A stretch of DNA of 64,000 nt, taken from IMG/VR virus record IMGVR_UViG_3300042691_018174. One strand, written 5' to 3'. The position numbers were made by a program, and so were the translations under genes. Below the pieces are notes generated by a model that saw only the letters and a list, made by a program, of their open reading frames with translations, was not told the DNA's origin and ran no database searches. Every line of letters starts with the position of its first letter. Positions within the stretch are counted from its first letter, which is position 1. Source of the stretch: a virus. Below, in pieces: positions 29,701 through 38,721 of the stretch.

Positions 29701-32700
29701 TCTACATCATCATATACGAACCCTGCAAATACTACAAACGGAGTGGGCACAGGTGCGACATTTAATGTAACTAGATTAGGTAACACTTATTCGTTAGTTA
29801 CTTTAACCAACGCAGGTGACAACACTAGAACAGCTAAAAGTTTTAATGTATTTGGCAGCACAAACATATCAATCACTGAATCTAAGTATGGTGGCTCATC
29901 ATTAAAAATATTTAATCAGTTGGCACCATCTACAGCTGACAGTTATGTGCAAGTAGCAGCCAATTCAGATTTTGATTTTGGAACTGCACCATTTACTATA
30001 GAGTTTGATATTTTTAAAGTAGGTACTGGCGCCAACCAAACTATTTTAGATATGAGACAAGCAGAACCTGACACAGGTTTGTTGTTAGGTATTGATGCTA
30101 CTGAGCATTTATATATTTTCTTAAATGGTTCAATAGTAGCTACATCAACTAATCCTCTTTCTGCTAACACATGGCATCATATTGAAATATCTTCTACTAC
30201 ACGAACTGTGTCAGGCACCACAAGAATTTTTGTAGATGGAGTAGTGGAAGCTAGTTTTACTGATACAACTAATTACGGTTCAAGTTATTCTACAGTTCCT
30301 ATGATCATAGGAGCAAACTATACTGGTGCTGGTGACGGCTTCAGAGGATATATTGAAGAATTTAGGGTTTCTACTAGCACTGCGAGACATACATCAGCTT
30401 ATACAGCGCCAACATCAGAATTTTTACACGATTCTAATACTGTAATGTTGCTACATTTTAATGGTCAAGACGGGTCGACTGTTATAGATGATGATTTTGG
30501 CGGATATAAGACAGGTGACTTAGTAACTATACTAGGTTCTAATTTAGGTGGTACTAATACCACAAATGATTTAACCATCACAATAACTTCGACTACTATT
30601 GGTAAAATTAGTACGTTTAATTGGGCAGGCGCCGCATCAGACGTATCACAATATAATGCAGTTTCAGTAGCAAATGTATCTGGACAAGGAAGTGGGTTAA
30701 CATTTAATATAACACAAAACGGAACTGTATACGAAAACATATCTACAGATAATGAAGGATCTAGTTACGTAGTCACTGATAGAATACGAATTTCTGGAAC
30801 TGCGTTAGGTGGAGCAACACCTGCAAATGATATAATTATTAGAATTACTTCAGCAAGTTCAACTGGTGTTGTAGGAACTTTTGAAATATTATCTGGTACT
30901 GCGGCAGCAAGTACTGATACCTATAATGCTGTGACCACTGCGTCTGTTGAAAGTCCTGGTTCAGGAGTAATATTAACAGTATCAAAAGAAGCGGGTTCAT
31001 ATGCTATAGATTCTTTCGATAATGGTGGTTCTGGATATAAAGTAGGAAACAGACTAAAAATTGTAGGTAATTTTCTATCTGGAGCACCAGTATTACATGA
31101 TGCATTAGTAACAGTTCTCACTGTGGATGGCACTGGCGCAATCACAGATGCGTCTATATCAGGTACTGCCAGCGGCGGTGAAACTATTGATTTTTATTCA
31201 ACAATTACTTTATCAGATCCAATAGCATCAACCATTCCCACTAATGCAATTTTAAATTTTAGTGCTATTGCTAAAATTCAAGTGACTTTTGACAACTTCC
31301 ATGGTTTAGTTCCAGGCAGTGCATTGATTATTCAAATTACTTCTGGCGGTTTAAATCAAAATCTCGCTGCAGGAAACTTTTACGTTGAGGAAGTACCAGA
31401 ACCAAATATAATTAGGTACACTGCACGAGCTCAAGGATCTATTAGTGAAGGTGGTTTAATTGGCAAAGTATATTCTAGAACTGATGCGTTCTTCGTTCAC
31501 AGACCATTCGACGGGGGAGTTCAGTTAGGCACTGGCGGACCACAACATGCTGCTCAAGCCATACGTATGAGTAAAAATTACATTCGTTATCAATCTGGTA
31601 AAGGTTTGATGTATACCACAGGATGTTTATTTGCTCCAAGCTATGATTTGTCCTCAGCTACAGCAGACGGACTTGATTCTGGAAGTATAATAACTTTCCA
31701 AACAGATGATATTGATCATGGTTTACAAATTGGTGCCGAAGTTAGAATTCTCGGAGTAGCTACCAGCGGATATAATAATACATACACTGTATCAAATATT
31801 ATAGATGAAAAAACGTTTCAAGTTGAAGCAGTGTCAAGATTAGGGTCTAAAGTAGCAGAACTTGATGTTGCTCAAGTTTCTCTATATCAATGGAGCGGTG
31901 CTACGGTCAGGGCTGGTTGTTTTGATGAACAAAATGGAATGTTTTGGCAGTATGATGGACAGAAAATCGCCGTTGGCATTAGATCCGCTACTTTCCAATT
32001 AGCAGGAACAGCCACTGCGATTCCGGATTCGAATTTAATAACAGGACTTGGCACTAGATTTAGAGATCAGTTGAACGCAGGAGATAAAATTGTAATTAAA
32101 GGTATGACTCATACAGTAAGTCATGTAATTAATCAAACAACAATGTATATTACTCCTGACTTTAGAGGTGCGGTAACTGTTGGAAAAATTAAAATTTGTA
32201 AAATTGTTGATAGATTATTCTACCAAGAAGAATGGAACAGAGACAGGGCAGATGGCACTGGGCCTAGCGGCTATAAAATTGATGTTACAAAAATGCAGAT
32301 GATCGGTATTCAATATACTTGGTACGGTGCAGGTTTCATTGATTGGATGTTGCGTGGCAAAGAAGGTAACTTCTTATTTGTTCATAGAGTTAGAAACAAT
32401 AACGTTAATACTGAAGCATTCATGAGAACTGCTAACTTACCAGTTCGTTATGAGGTCATAAATGACGGAGCATTAAGTAAATTAACGTCAAATATTACTA
32501 ACACCAGTACTATTCTTCCAGTAGAAGATACTAGTAACTTCCCATCAAGTGGTGTAGTTTATGTTGATAATGAATTGATTAGTTACACTGGAAAATCTTC
32601 TAGTACTTTAACAGGATTAACTAGATCGTCGGCACTACAGAACTTTGTTGCAGGCGCAGTTAGAACATATAGTGCAGGTACTTCTGACGATCATGATAGA

Positions 32701-33633
32701 GGAACAGGGGTGATATTGGTCAGTAATAAAACTAGTCCTAATATCAGTCACTGGGGTAGTGCGTATTTGACTGATGGCGGATTTGATTCAGATCGAGGAT
32801 ATTTGTTTAACTATCAAGCTACTTCATTTATTGCTAGTACTGTACGTAAAACAGCGTTCCTAATTCGATTAAGTCCAAGCGTGTCTAATGCTGTTGTTGG
32901 AGATCTTGGAACAAGAGATTTGATTAATAGAGCGCAGTTGCTATTACAAGGTATTGAAATTACTGCAGGTACTGGAAGTGCTTCTGGTATCGTTATTGAA
33001 GGAATTTTGAATCCTAGCAATTATCCAGAAGATGCTACATTGATTGACTGGAGATCTTTGGCTAACCCAAGTCTTGGTGGCCAACCATCTTTCGCTCAAG
33101 TGGCATTAGGCACAACTGTAACATGGGATAACGCATTTACTGTTAGTTTTGATGCTACAACACAATTACAAAATAGAAATAGACCTTCAAGTTTATATTT
33201 TATCGCTGCTGAAACAGCCAATGTTAGACTAGGTATGACTGTAGGATCGTCGACGCCAGCTGTTGCTGCTCTAATTCCAGGTGGTACAACTGTTGTTGGT
33301 ATCAGCGGAGCATTTAATATCAGCGGTATAAATTATAGAGAAATTTATTTTAACAAGCAATTTACAGGCAACGTTAATACTGGTGTAGCAATATCTTTTA
33401 GCTCTATCGCAAGTTTTGCAAGTCCAGGCGAAACAATTTTCTCATTTGTTGGATTACCTAATAATCAAACAGTGTTAGATTTAACTCCACTTAAAGAGAT
33501 TACTAATACTGCTATTGGTGGTAGAGGTGTGTTCCCTGATGGCCCAGACGTATTAGCGATTAACTGTTACTTGACCAGCGGTAGCGATCAAGAAGTTAGT
33601 ATTGTTTTACGTTGGAGTGAGGCGCAGGCTTAA
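26755..33633 (+). CDS. Very large virion structural (baseplate/tail-associated) protein with phycobiliprotein-like, repeated beta and LamG modules
   Basis: 2292 aa; two KCERDVGY...DLRYGGN domains; DADFEYGLQPTKW; about six ATFN+.R....Y...GT.Y..GD.+.I.G..LGG....D repeats; LamG (FTIEFDIF..WHHIEI..GYIEEFRV); RYQSGKG and QYTWYGAG motifs; ends WSEAQA. Confidence 0.8.
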   Translation: MAKKRIKEYIFVPGRSALDNLFPNAYSLITSNKEFIKDEAREYIAYRVVQDTAVNYFPVAVTLLQSNRNFILAEMSAWIRFQISNNISPFGGYEYNDTQKSKCERDVGYLLDAYAYDLRYGGNEKTIEVNREFYINGVAQLYHIPQEVATHEFLTDLISNYVLKSILYPTKQSPIVQTQVLGVSGETSAISKAATLSNIARDVIANGLTSLPAVQFNLAFANYTYNAAKCERDVGYVLSAYLWDLRYGGNRDTRKVSEKYWVGDTPQVDGSRQPEIETHNFIKELINSYILTNTQFPYRQSPVATTQIIDPSKTLEAGSTTKIIELYGILSGVIQNGLSALPALISGVGIAYIQGKWTLDQILLITNVSKNIIIYNFADPGAGSILAYADPTTPDVDTQIDYGYTGIVLNFDTSNMDVGDDLQIFVEDYQELKVRPYDFGTDAIERQRVANAQSMLDADFEYGLQPTKWQALALARSYPGTYEVPGTELAVTAVTTDASAPTGFIGQSLITVTTEGAHGLSPGIAFTIKSLDSTVTGFSRAEGTFLCNTTPTSNTFTYYSKAKVGSTSGQNLVLSTTTFKRAKFFTGAAIGSPTFSIFSQGSSGEFSPALASPTGTFYIPYTGSIPVVNAPVIGSGYITPGTVITAVNGTGSPSSVQYTNLVGTNIGGIGVGATFNINRTSGVYIVTIATGGTGYAIGDQIIFFGETLDGVTPGNDCLVQVATVDSGTGEILTITSSGTGIASGVTTSNQVQITAQTGTTVIEMSSTSGIIPGLAFNRGDGTPTVVTTVEGNTININRPLTANIVGSTATFQNVSPVDIVGSGTNATFNVTRTGTVYSATVANQGTNYQAGDSLIILGSSLGGSNGLHDLVITVSTVNVGGTIATFTTTGTGLDTNSFTNVATSNITGQGSGATFNVTRSNDAYSVVNINSTGLDYVDGDIIKINGLAVGGAALTNDITLTVTSVSVLGAILTYTFSGTAQPSTSSYTNPANTTNGVGTGATFNVTRLGNTYSLVTLTNAGDNTRTAKSFNVFGSTNISITESKYGGSSLKIFNQLAPSTADSYVQVAANSDFDFGTAPFTIEFDIFKVGTGANQTILDMRQAEPDTGLLLGIDATEHLYIFLNGSIVATSTNPLSANTWHHIEISSTTRTVSGTTRIFVDGVVEASFTDTTNYGSSYSTVPMIIGANYTGAGDGFRGYIEEFRVSTSTARHTSAYTAPTSEFLHDSNTVMLLHFNGQDGSTVIDDDFGGYKTGDLVTILGSNLGGTNTTNDLTITITSTTIGKISTFNWAGAASDVSQYNAVSVANVSGQGSGLTFNITQNGTVYENISTDNEGSSYVVTDRIRISGTALGGATPANDIIIRITSASSTGVVGTFEILSGTAAASTDTYNAVTTASVESPGSGVILTVSKEAGSYAIDSFDNGGSGYKVGNRLKIVGNFLSGAPVLHDALVTVLTVDGTGAITDASISGTASGGETIDFYSTITLSDPIASTIPTNAILNFSAIAKIQVTFDNFHGLVPGSALIIQITSGGLNQNLAAGNFYVEEVPEPNIIRYTARAQGSISEGGLIGKVYSRTDAFFVHRPFDGGVQLGTGGPQHAAQAIRMSKNYIRYQSGKGLMYTTGCLFAPSYDLSSATADGLDSGSIITFQTDDIDHGLQIGAEVRILGVATSGYNNTYTVSNIIDEKTFQVEAVSRLGSKVAELDVAQVSLYQWSGATVRAGCFDEQNGMFWQYDGQKIAVGIRSATFQLAGTATAIPDSNLITGLGTRFRDQLNAGDKIVIKGMTHTVSHVINQTTMYITPDFRGAVTVGKIKICKIVDRLFYQEEWNRDRADGTGPSGYKIDVTKMQMIGIQYTWYGAGFIDWMLRGKEGNFLFVHRVRNNNVNTEAFMRTANLPVRYEVINDGALSKLTSNITNTSTILPVEDTSNFPSSGVVYVDNELISYTGKSSSTLTGLTRSSALQNFVAGAVRTYSAGTSDDHDRGTGVILVSNKTSPNISHWGSAYLTDGGFDSDRGYLFNYQATSFIASTVRKTAFLIRLSPSVSNAVVGDLGTRDLINRAQLLLQGIEITAGTGSASGIVIEGILNPSNYPEDATLIDWRSLANPSLGGQPSFAQVALGTTVTWDNAFTVSFDATTQLQNRNRPSSLYFIAAETANVRLGMTVGSSTPAVAALIPGGTTVVGISGAFNISGINYREIYFNKQFTGNVNTGVAISFSSIASFASPGETIFSFVGLPNNQTVLDLTPLKEITNTAIGGRGVFPDGPDVLAINCYLTSGSDQEVSIVLRWSEAQA

Positions 33634-34067
33634 AATAGTTCTATTATTTCAAATATAGTTTCTAATTTAGTTTTGATAATTTTATTAGAAAAACTATTTT
33701 TAAGACCTTGATGCAAAGGTTTGGGTGAAGCAGTTAATGCTGCCCAGGCCCACCCAGAATGCTCAGAATTTAATTTTGGAATAAACTCGTCTTCAACTAT
33801 CATCAAATATGTGTGATAAAAAAATCTATCATCCTTACTGACAAATAGTTCTAATGGTATAGTTTTTTTGATTTCAGGAAGAAAGCCAATCTCTTCCACT
33901 ATTTCTCTTTTTAATGCATCAAATGCACTGGCATCAAAATCTTCTTTTTTTCCGCCAACAATTCCCCATGTTCCAGCAGTTTTTCCGTTAGATCTCATTA
34001 AAAAAAGGAATCTTTTAGTAGATTTAGCGTAAAAAAGTGCGCCACTGCACACTATGTCTGTTGTCAT
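33630..34067 (-). CDS. NUDIX hydrolase
   Basis: Nudix box GGKKEDFDASAFDALKREIVEEIGF. Start ATG at 34067 overlaps the TGA of the gp15-like gene (ATGA). Confidence 0.85.
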   Translation of the reverse strand: MTTDIVCSGALFYAKSTKRFLFLMRSNGKTAGTWGIVGGKKEDFDASAFDALKREIVEEIGFLPEIKKTIPLELFVSKDDRFFYHTYLMIVEDEFIPKLNSEHSGWAWAALTASPKPLHQGLKNSFSNKIIKTKLETIFEIIELF

Positions 34068-35482
34068 AAAATCAATTGCCATTTACCTGGTACAAATGTA
34101 CCTTCCATGCTCTTAGTCCAACTAGCGCCATCCCATTTGTATTGAACACCAGTATAAGCATTAGTTATGTATGTCACTGTGTTAGTTGCTCTACTATTGA
34201 AAATAACTTTCCACTCAGTACCATCCCACATTATAATATCATTAGCATTTGCTACTAAATCTCCCCACTGTTCTACACCTTGTAAACTAGCATTAGTAGG
34301 ACCATAGTTTCTGTCATCAGTACTAATATCTGACAGTATTAAAAATCTAAGGTCAATAATTCTATTCATAGTGTAAGGCTTACTAGGATCAATAATAGCA
34401 TCAATTGTTCCTCTAGCAGCAATTCCAGTTACTGTAGAATTGATTAATGTGTTGGTAGGCAAACTTTGTGCATCAAATGTTAAATTTAATAAAGTTTCGT
34501 CATTTGAATTTAAACTTATGGTAGCAATGGCAGTTCTATTATCTGCCTTAATTATTTGCAATTTACTTAGATTAGGAGTAAATCTACCAGGATACTTTTC
34601 TAAAACTTCTCTCCAACTAATGTCTGCACTTATTTTAGTAGTTTTAGAATCAAAATTATTTTGTGACGAATATACGTTGTTTAAAAGTTTTGCAACATAT
34701 TGCGGAGTTCCGGCAGTAGCATTGTTGGTCACTAGGATAGCATATCCATCCATAGTAATAACCTGTTGACTTATTAAGGATCCATTCAATATGTCATCAC
34801 TTAAATTACCTTCTTCGTCAAATATCCTAGCAATAATACTAGTAATTACTCCCATACGTTTTACTTTAGCAGGAGGACTTAGCCATATCGGAGCCATAAA
34901 TGTTAAACTAGCAATTTCTAAATCTTGATCCCCAGTGGGCACAGTTTGATTAGTATATGATATATCCATTAATTCTAAAGTAGTCAAACTAGTCCAATCT
35001 AAATAACTTGATGATGTCTGTATTTCTAATGCAGGGTTAAACAATACTACAAGTTGTTCCAAAATCTGTAACTTTTGATCTATATTACTAGTCCAAATAT
35101 CTGCTATCATACTTAATTGAAAAGGATTAGGCATGATCCGTTCAACAGTAACATCAGACCCTTTTGAATTTATGTATTCCCCCGATACAGAATCGTATTC
35201 TCTTTCTCTTACCTGTACCTTACTTACAAAAGTTGGATCTTGCATACGATTTCTACTAAGTTCTAAATTGTTAATGTATACACTGATAAAGGGTGCTTGC
35301 ATAACAAAATTTTCACTGTTTTGTCGTAGAACATTAGCTGCTTGTTTATTTGCAGTACCGAATCTAACAGGAACTTCTTTTAAATTCCCCTGTCCGTCTT
35401 TGTAAGAAAATCCACTCAATGCTCTTATGAACTGAGTTAGATATTTCCTAAGTTGCCCATCATAAAAATAGTCCATAATCAA
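34064..35482 (-). CDS. gp15: Tail terminator / sheath stabiliser (T4 gp15-like)
   Basis: YFYDGQLRKYLTQF...VPVRFG...IWTSNIDQKLQILEQLVVLFNP...LTFMAPIWLSPP, next to the neck genes. True start is probably the second Met (35476). Confidence 0.8.
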   Translation of the reverse strand: MIMDYFYDGQLRKYLTQFIRALSGFSYKDGQGNLKEVPVRFGTANKQAANVLRQNSENFVMQAPFISVYINNLELSRNRMQDPTFVSKVQVREREYDSVSGEYINSKGSDVTVERIMPNPFQLSMIADIWTSNIDQKLQILEQLVVLFNPALEIQTSSSYLDWTSLTTLELMDISYTNQTVPTGDQDLEIASLTFMAPIWLSPPAKVKRMGVITSIIARIFDEEGNLSDDILNGSLISQQVITMDGYAILVTNNATAGTPQYVAKLLNNVYSSQNNFDSKTTKISADISWREVLEKYPGRFTPNLSKLQIIKADNRTAIATISLNSNDETLLNLTFDAQSLPTNTLINSTVTGIAARGTIDAIIDPSKPYTMNRIIDLRFLILSDISTDDRNYGPTNASLQGVEQWGDLVANANDIIMWDGTEWKVIFNSRATNTVTYITNAYTGVQYKWDGASWTKSMEGTFVPGKWQLIL

Positions 35483-36789
35483 TTATCCGGTATTGGTTTT
35501 AAGTTTTTAGTAATTTCTAGAGGTTTGCTTAATGGTTGCTTTTCATCAATCTCTTTGTTACCAAGCCTAGTTTTGTTCGTATTATTAATAAAACTAGTTT
35601 TCAAGGTCTGTCGCTGACTATTGTTACTCATAGTCATTCTAATGTTTTCTTCAAACACTCTCCATTTTGAACCATCGTATCTAAAAAGTCTGCTCGGAGA
35701 AAAATCTGTCCTTAGATAAAAATTACCATCTACGGCTGCATCTGGAAATTGCGCACCCATACCAGTAACTTGATATCCGTTAGGTGGTATACTATCGCCT
35801 ATCAAATATCCTAAGTAATAATTTTGTGTCGGAGACTTTAGAGTAATACTGGTATCAATAACTGGTACTCCATATAATGCTAATCTTTCCTCAGTAGGAT
35901 TACTAATAGGCAACCCTTCTCTGTCAGTATATGTCCATGAGCCATCTGCATTTTTAAAGCCGACATAGAATTGACTGGCATCTAAAATATTCCCACTAGC
36001 ATCTTGTAACATAATGTGGCCATTAGGATCTACAGGCACCATCCAAAGATTATTAATATCATATCCGCTCAGTGGTGCATCTTGCTCAGCTTGTAATATA
36101 ACTGCATCATTAATTTCTTTATTTCTATTGAAACTGCTCATTAAATCTCTTAACGAATCACCACTGTCTTCTTGAGCGTATGGACTCATTGGATCTTCTG
36201 CAGATTTGTCTAATATTTGTTTAAATTCTTGACTGTCTACTAAAGGTTTACATTTTAGTTTAATTAGATGAGGATACCAAGTTTGACTGAACCCTTCAGT
36301 TGGTCTTAGTACTTCGTCGACTACATAAAATCTTCTTAACGCTACCCCAAAATCATTTAGAGCATATGGATCTTTCAAATGCGGTAGCTCTAATACATCT
36401 CCTGGCATCAATTTTCTACCTATTCTTTTTACACTGTCATTTAGATGAATGTGTATAAAAATAGTGTCGTTGGCTAAAAATAACCCAAACTGAGTTAAAC
36501 TCCAATCGAGCTGTTGCATGTTGTAGATACAGCGCATAACATAAATGTCTTGGCTGTATTTTCGATCCCTGTTTTCTAATAACAATAGATCCTGTATTCC
36601 CAGTTCGGGAATATTTCCAGTTAAAACTGGTTGTGCAGGGCTGGCCTCGTCGGGATCTTGATCCGCGGGTCCTAAGTATTTGTGAACGTATACATCAGTT
36701 CCACCGACTAGAAACTGCTCTAGTACTAGGTTGTCTATGAATGTATAATCGTTGGCTTTTTCTGGTCGATATAAGCTGAGTCTAGGCAT
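35479..36789 (-). CDS. gp14: Neck/head-closure protein (T4 gp14-like)
   Basis: GGTDVYVHKY...LTQFGL...MPGDVLELP; divergent from the gp13-like gene and upstream of the gp15-like gene. Confidence 0.7.
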   Translation of the reverse strand: MPRLSLYRPEKANDYTFIDNLVLEQFLVGGTDVYVHKYLGPADQDPDEASPAQPVLTGNIPELGIQDLLLLENRDRKYSQDIYVMRCIYNMQQLDWSLTQFGLFLANDTIFIHIHLNDSVKRIGRKLMPGDVLELPHLKDPYALNDFGVALRRFYVVDEVLRPTEGFSQTWYPHLIKLKCKPLVDSQEFKQILDKSAEDPMSPYAQEDSGDSLRDLMSSFNRNKEINDAVILQAEQDAPLSGYDINNLWMVPVDPNGHIMLQDASGNILDASQFYVGFKNADGSWTYTDREGLPISNPTEERLALYGVPVIDTSITLKSPTQNYYLGYLIGDSIPPNGYQVTGMGAQFPDAAVDGNFYLRTDFSPSRLFRYDGSKWRVFEENIRMTMSNNSQRQTLKTSFINNTNKTRLGNKEIDEKQPLSKPLEITKNLKPIPDN

Positions 36790-36796
36790 AGTACAG

Positions 36797-36824
36797 TATT
36801 TATTGAATCCGATAAAGGTAAATA
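36797..36824. promoter_or_regulatory. Back-to-back late promoters for gp14 (-) and gp13 (+)
   Basis: TATTTA at 36797-36802 (TAAATA on the - strand, 7 nt before ATG 36789) and TAAATA at 36819-36824 (5 nt before ATG 36830). Confidence 0.75.
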
Positions 36825-36829
36825 TTAGT

Positions 36830-37603
36830 ATGACAACTACACTTGATCCTTTAAAAGAGAAAAAAGAAGAAGTATTTGACTACGTCAAAGCCTTTTTGGG
36901 CGACGGGATGGTCGATGTTGAATTAGATCCTAAACACTACGAAATTGCGCTGGGCAAAGCTCTTTCTATCTACAGGCAGCGAAGTCCAAATAGCGTTGAA
37001 GATAGCTATGCTTTTTTAGATCTAATCCAAGATCAAAATGAGTATATTCTCCCAAAAGAAATAATAGAAGTAAAAGAAATATTCCGTAGAAGTATTGGAT
37101 CTAGGACTGGTGGGGGCGATGGCGGCACATTGTTTGAACCGTTTAACCTAGCATATACAAACACATATCTATTATCTAGCTCAAATATGGGCGGTCTCGC
37201 CACATATTATCTCTTTGGCGGATATCAGAAATTAGTAGGTAAAATGTTCGGAAGTTTTATCAACTTCAGTTATCATCCAACCTCAAATAAGTTGATATTA
37301 CAACAGAGACCACAAAGTAATGAAAGAGTGTTATTACAGATTTATAATAAGAGACCAGATTTTGCGTTTTTAGAAGACACATACGCATCAATATGGATTA
37401 AAGATTATACCCTAGCACAATGTAAAGTGATGTTAGGTGAAGCTAGAGAAAAATTTGCGCAAATCGCAAGCCCACAAGGCGGAACTCAATTAAATGGAAC
37501 TGCATTAAAAACAGAAGGAATTGCTGCTTCAAAAGAATTAGAAGAGCAACTGAAAAAAGGCGATGCAGCCGCAATGGGCGGTTATACTTGGATTATTGGA
37601 TAA
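36830..37603 (+). CDS. gp13: Neck protein (T4 gp13-like)
   Basis: YVKAFLGDGMVDVEL...WIKDYTLAQCKVMLGEAREKF...PQGGTQLNG; ends WIIG. Start ATG 36830 is 5 nt after TAAATA. Confidence 0.85.
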   Translation: MTTTLDPLKEKKEEVFDYVKAFLGDGMVDVELDPKHYEIALGKALSIYRQRSPNSVEDSYAFLDLIQDQNEYILPKEIIEVKEIFRRSIGSRTGGGDGGTLFEPFNLAYTNTYLLSSSNMGGLATYYLFGGYQKLVGKMFGSFINFSYHPTSNKLILQQRPQSNERVLLQIYNKRPDFAFLEDTYASIWIKDYTLAQCKVMLGEAREKFAQIASPQGGTQLNGTALKTEGIAASKELEEQLKKGDAAAMGGYTWIIG

Positions 37604-37611
37604 TCACTTTC

Positions 37612-37641
37612 TTGACTTGAACAACTGAATTTGTATAAAAT
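37612..37641 (+). promoter_or_regulatory. Sigma70-like promoter for the dNMP kinase gene
   Basis: TTGACT (37612-37617) with TATAAA/TAAAAT at 16-18 nt spacing; SD GGAG before 37663. Confidence 0.55.
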
Positions 37642-37662
37642 ATAGTATCCTTTGGAGATTAT

Positions 37663-38322
37663 ATGATTATTGGATTCGTCGGATTTATTAGTTCAGGGAA
37701 AGACACAGCCGCAGACTATTTGGTCAACTTTCACGGTTTTCGTAGAGACAGTTTTGCTAACACACTCAAAGATGCAGTAGCAGCCGTGTTTGGTTGGGAT
37801 CGAACTCTTTTAGAAGGACGTACTAAAGAAGCTCGGGAGTGGAGAGAACAAGTAGACCCGTGGTGGTCAGAGCGTTTAGGCATGCCCAATCTTACACCTA
37901 GATGGATATTACAATATTGGGGTACAGAAGTTTGCCGACAAGGATTCCATGATGATATCTGGATAGCCAGCTTAGAAAACAAACTAAGAAAAACCAAAGA
38001 TAATATTGTTATTTCTGATGTTAGATTTCCAAATGAGATCAAAGCTATACATAGTTCAGGCGGCAAAGTAATTAGAATTCGACGTGGTCCTGAACCTGAT
38101 TGGTATCAATATGCTCTAGCCTTTAATGAAGGTCCAAAAAATATGCAATGGGCATTATCTAAAATGAAGCTGGATCATCTAAAAATTCATGCCAGTGAAA
38201 CTTCTTGGGTAGGACGAGAAATTGATGTCACTATAGACAATGATGGAACTATAGATGAACTCTATCAAGCAATTAAAAATCAGGTGTCAGATCACCCTGC
38301 CGCCAACCAAGTCCTTGCTTAA
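37663..38322 (+). CDS. Deoxynucleoside monophosphate kinase (T4 gp1-like)
   Basis: IIGFVGFISSGKDTAA P-loop; SFANTLKD; TPRWILQYWGTEVCR; VISDVRFPNE; HASE. Confidence 0.9.
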   Translation: MIIGFVGFISSGKDTAADYLVNFHGFRRDSFANTLKDAVAAVFGWDRTLLEGRTKEAREWREQVDPWWSERLGMPNLTPRWILQYWGTEVCRQGFHDDIWIASLENKLRKTKDNIVISDVRFPNEIKAIHSSGGKVIRIRRGPEPDWYQYALAFNEGPKNMQWALSKMKLDHLKIHASETSWVGREIDVTIDNDGTIDELYQAIKNQVSDHPAANQVLA

Positions 38323-38611
38323 TCAACATTCTTTGGCAGTTTGCACATACTGTTTTTAAATTATCACGCAGACAGTTGTTCAAATTGCCATCCACATGAT
38401 ATACATCAAATACTATCTGTTCGTTACTGCTGAATCCACATTTATCACATTTTGATTTTTTCTTATAACCAGCAGCCAACCATCTAGGTAATTTTACGGT
38501 GGTTCCTCTAGCGCAACCGTCGCACACACTTCGATAAAACACTCTATCATCTTTATAATAGTTGATAGCAGAGAAGTTTTTCTTACATTTTTTACATAAA
38601 GGGCGTTTCAT
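38273..38611 (-). CDS. Zn-ribbon / HNH-like protein
   Basis: CKKC, CDGC and CDKC, plus YHVDGNLNNCLRDNLKTVCANCQ. Preceded by TAAGTA-N5-ATG. Confidence 0.75.
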   Translation of the reverse strand: MKRPLCKKCKKNFSAINYYKDDRVFYRSVCDGCARGTTVKLPRWLAAGYKKKSKCDKCGFSSNEQIVFDVYHVDGNLNNCLRDNLKTVCANCQRMLIKQGLGWRQGDLTPDF

Positions 38612-38678
38612 AAAAATACTTAGCCCTTTTCGGTGCCCTTTTCAACGGTTATAAACCGCGAAATATTGAAAATATCAC

Positions 38679-38684
38679 TAAATA
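38679..38684 (+). promoter_or_regulatory. Late promoter TAAATA for the sheath/tube operon
   Basis: cacTAAATAttata...AAGGAGaaaacaaatATG. Confidence 0.7.
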
Positions 38685-38721
38685 TTATATAACAACAAGT
38701 ATCCCCAAGGAGAAAACAAAT

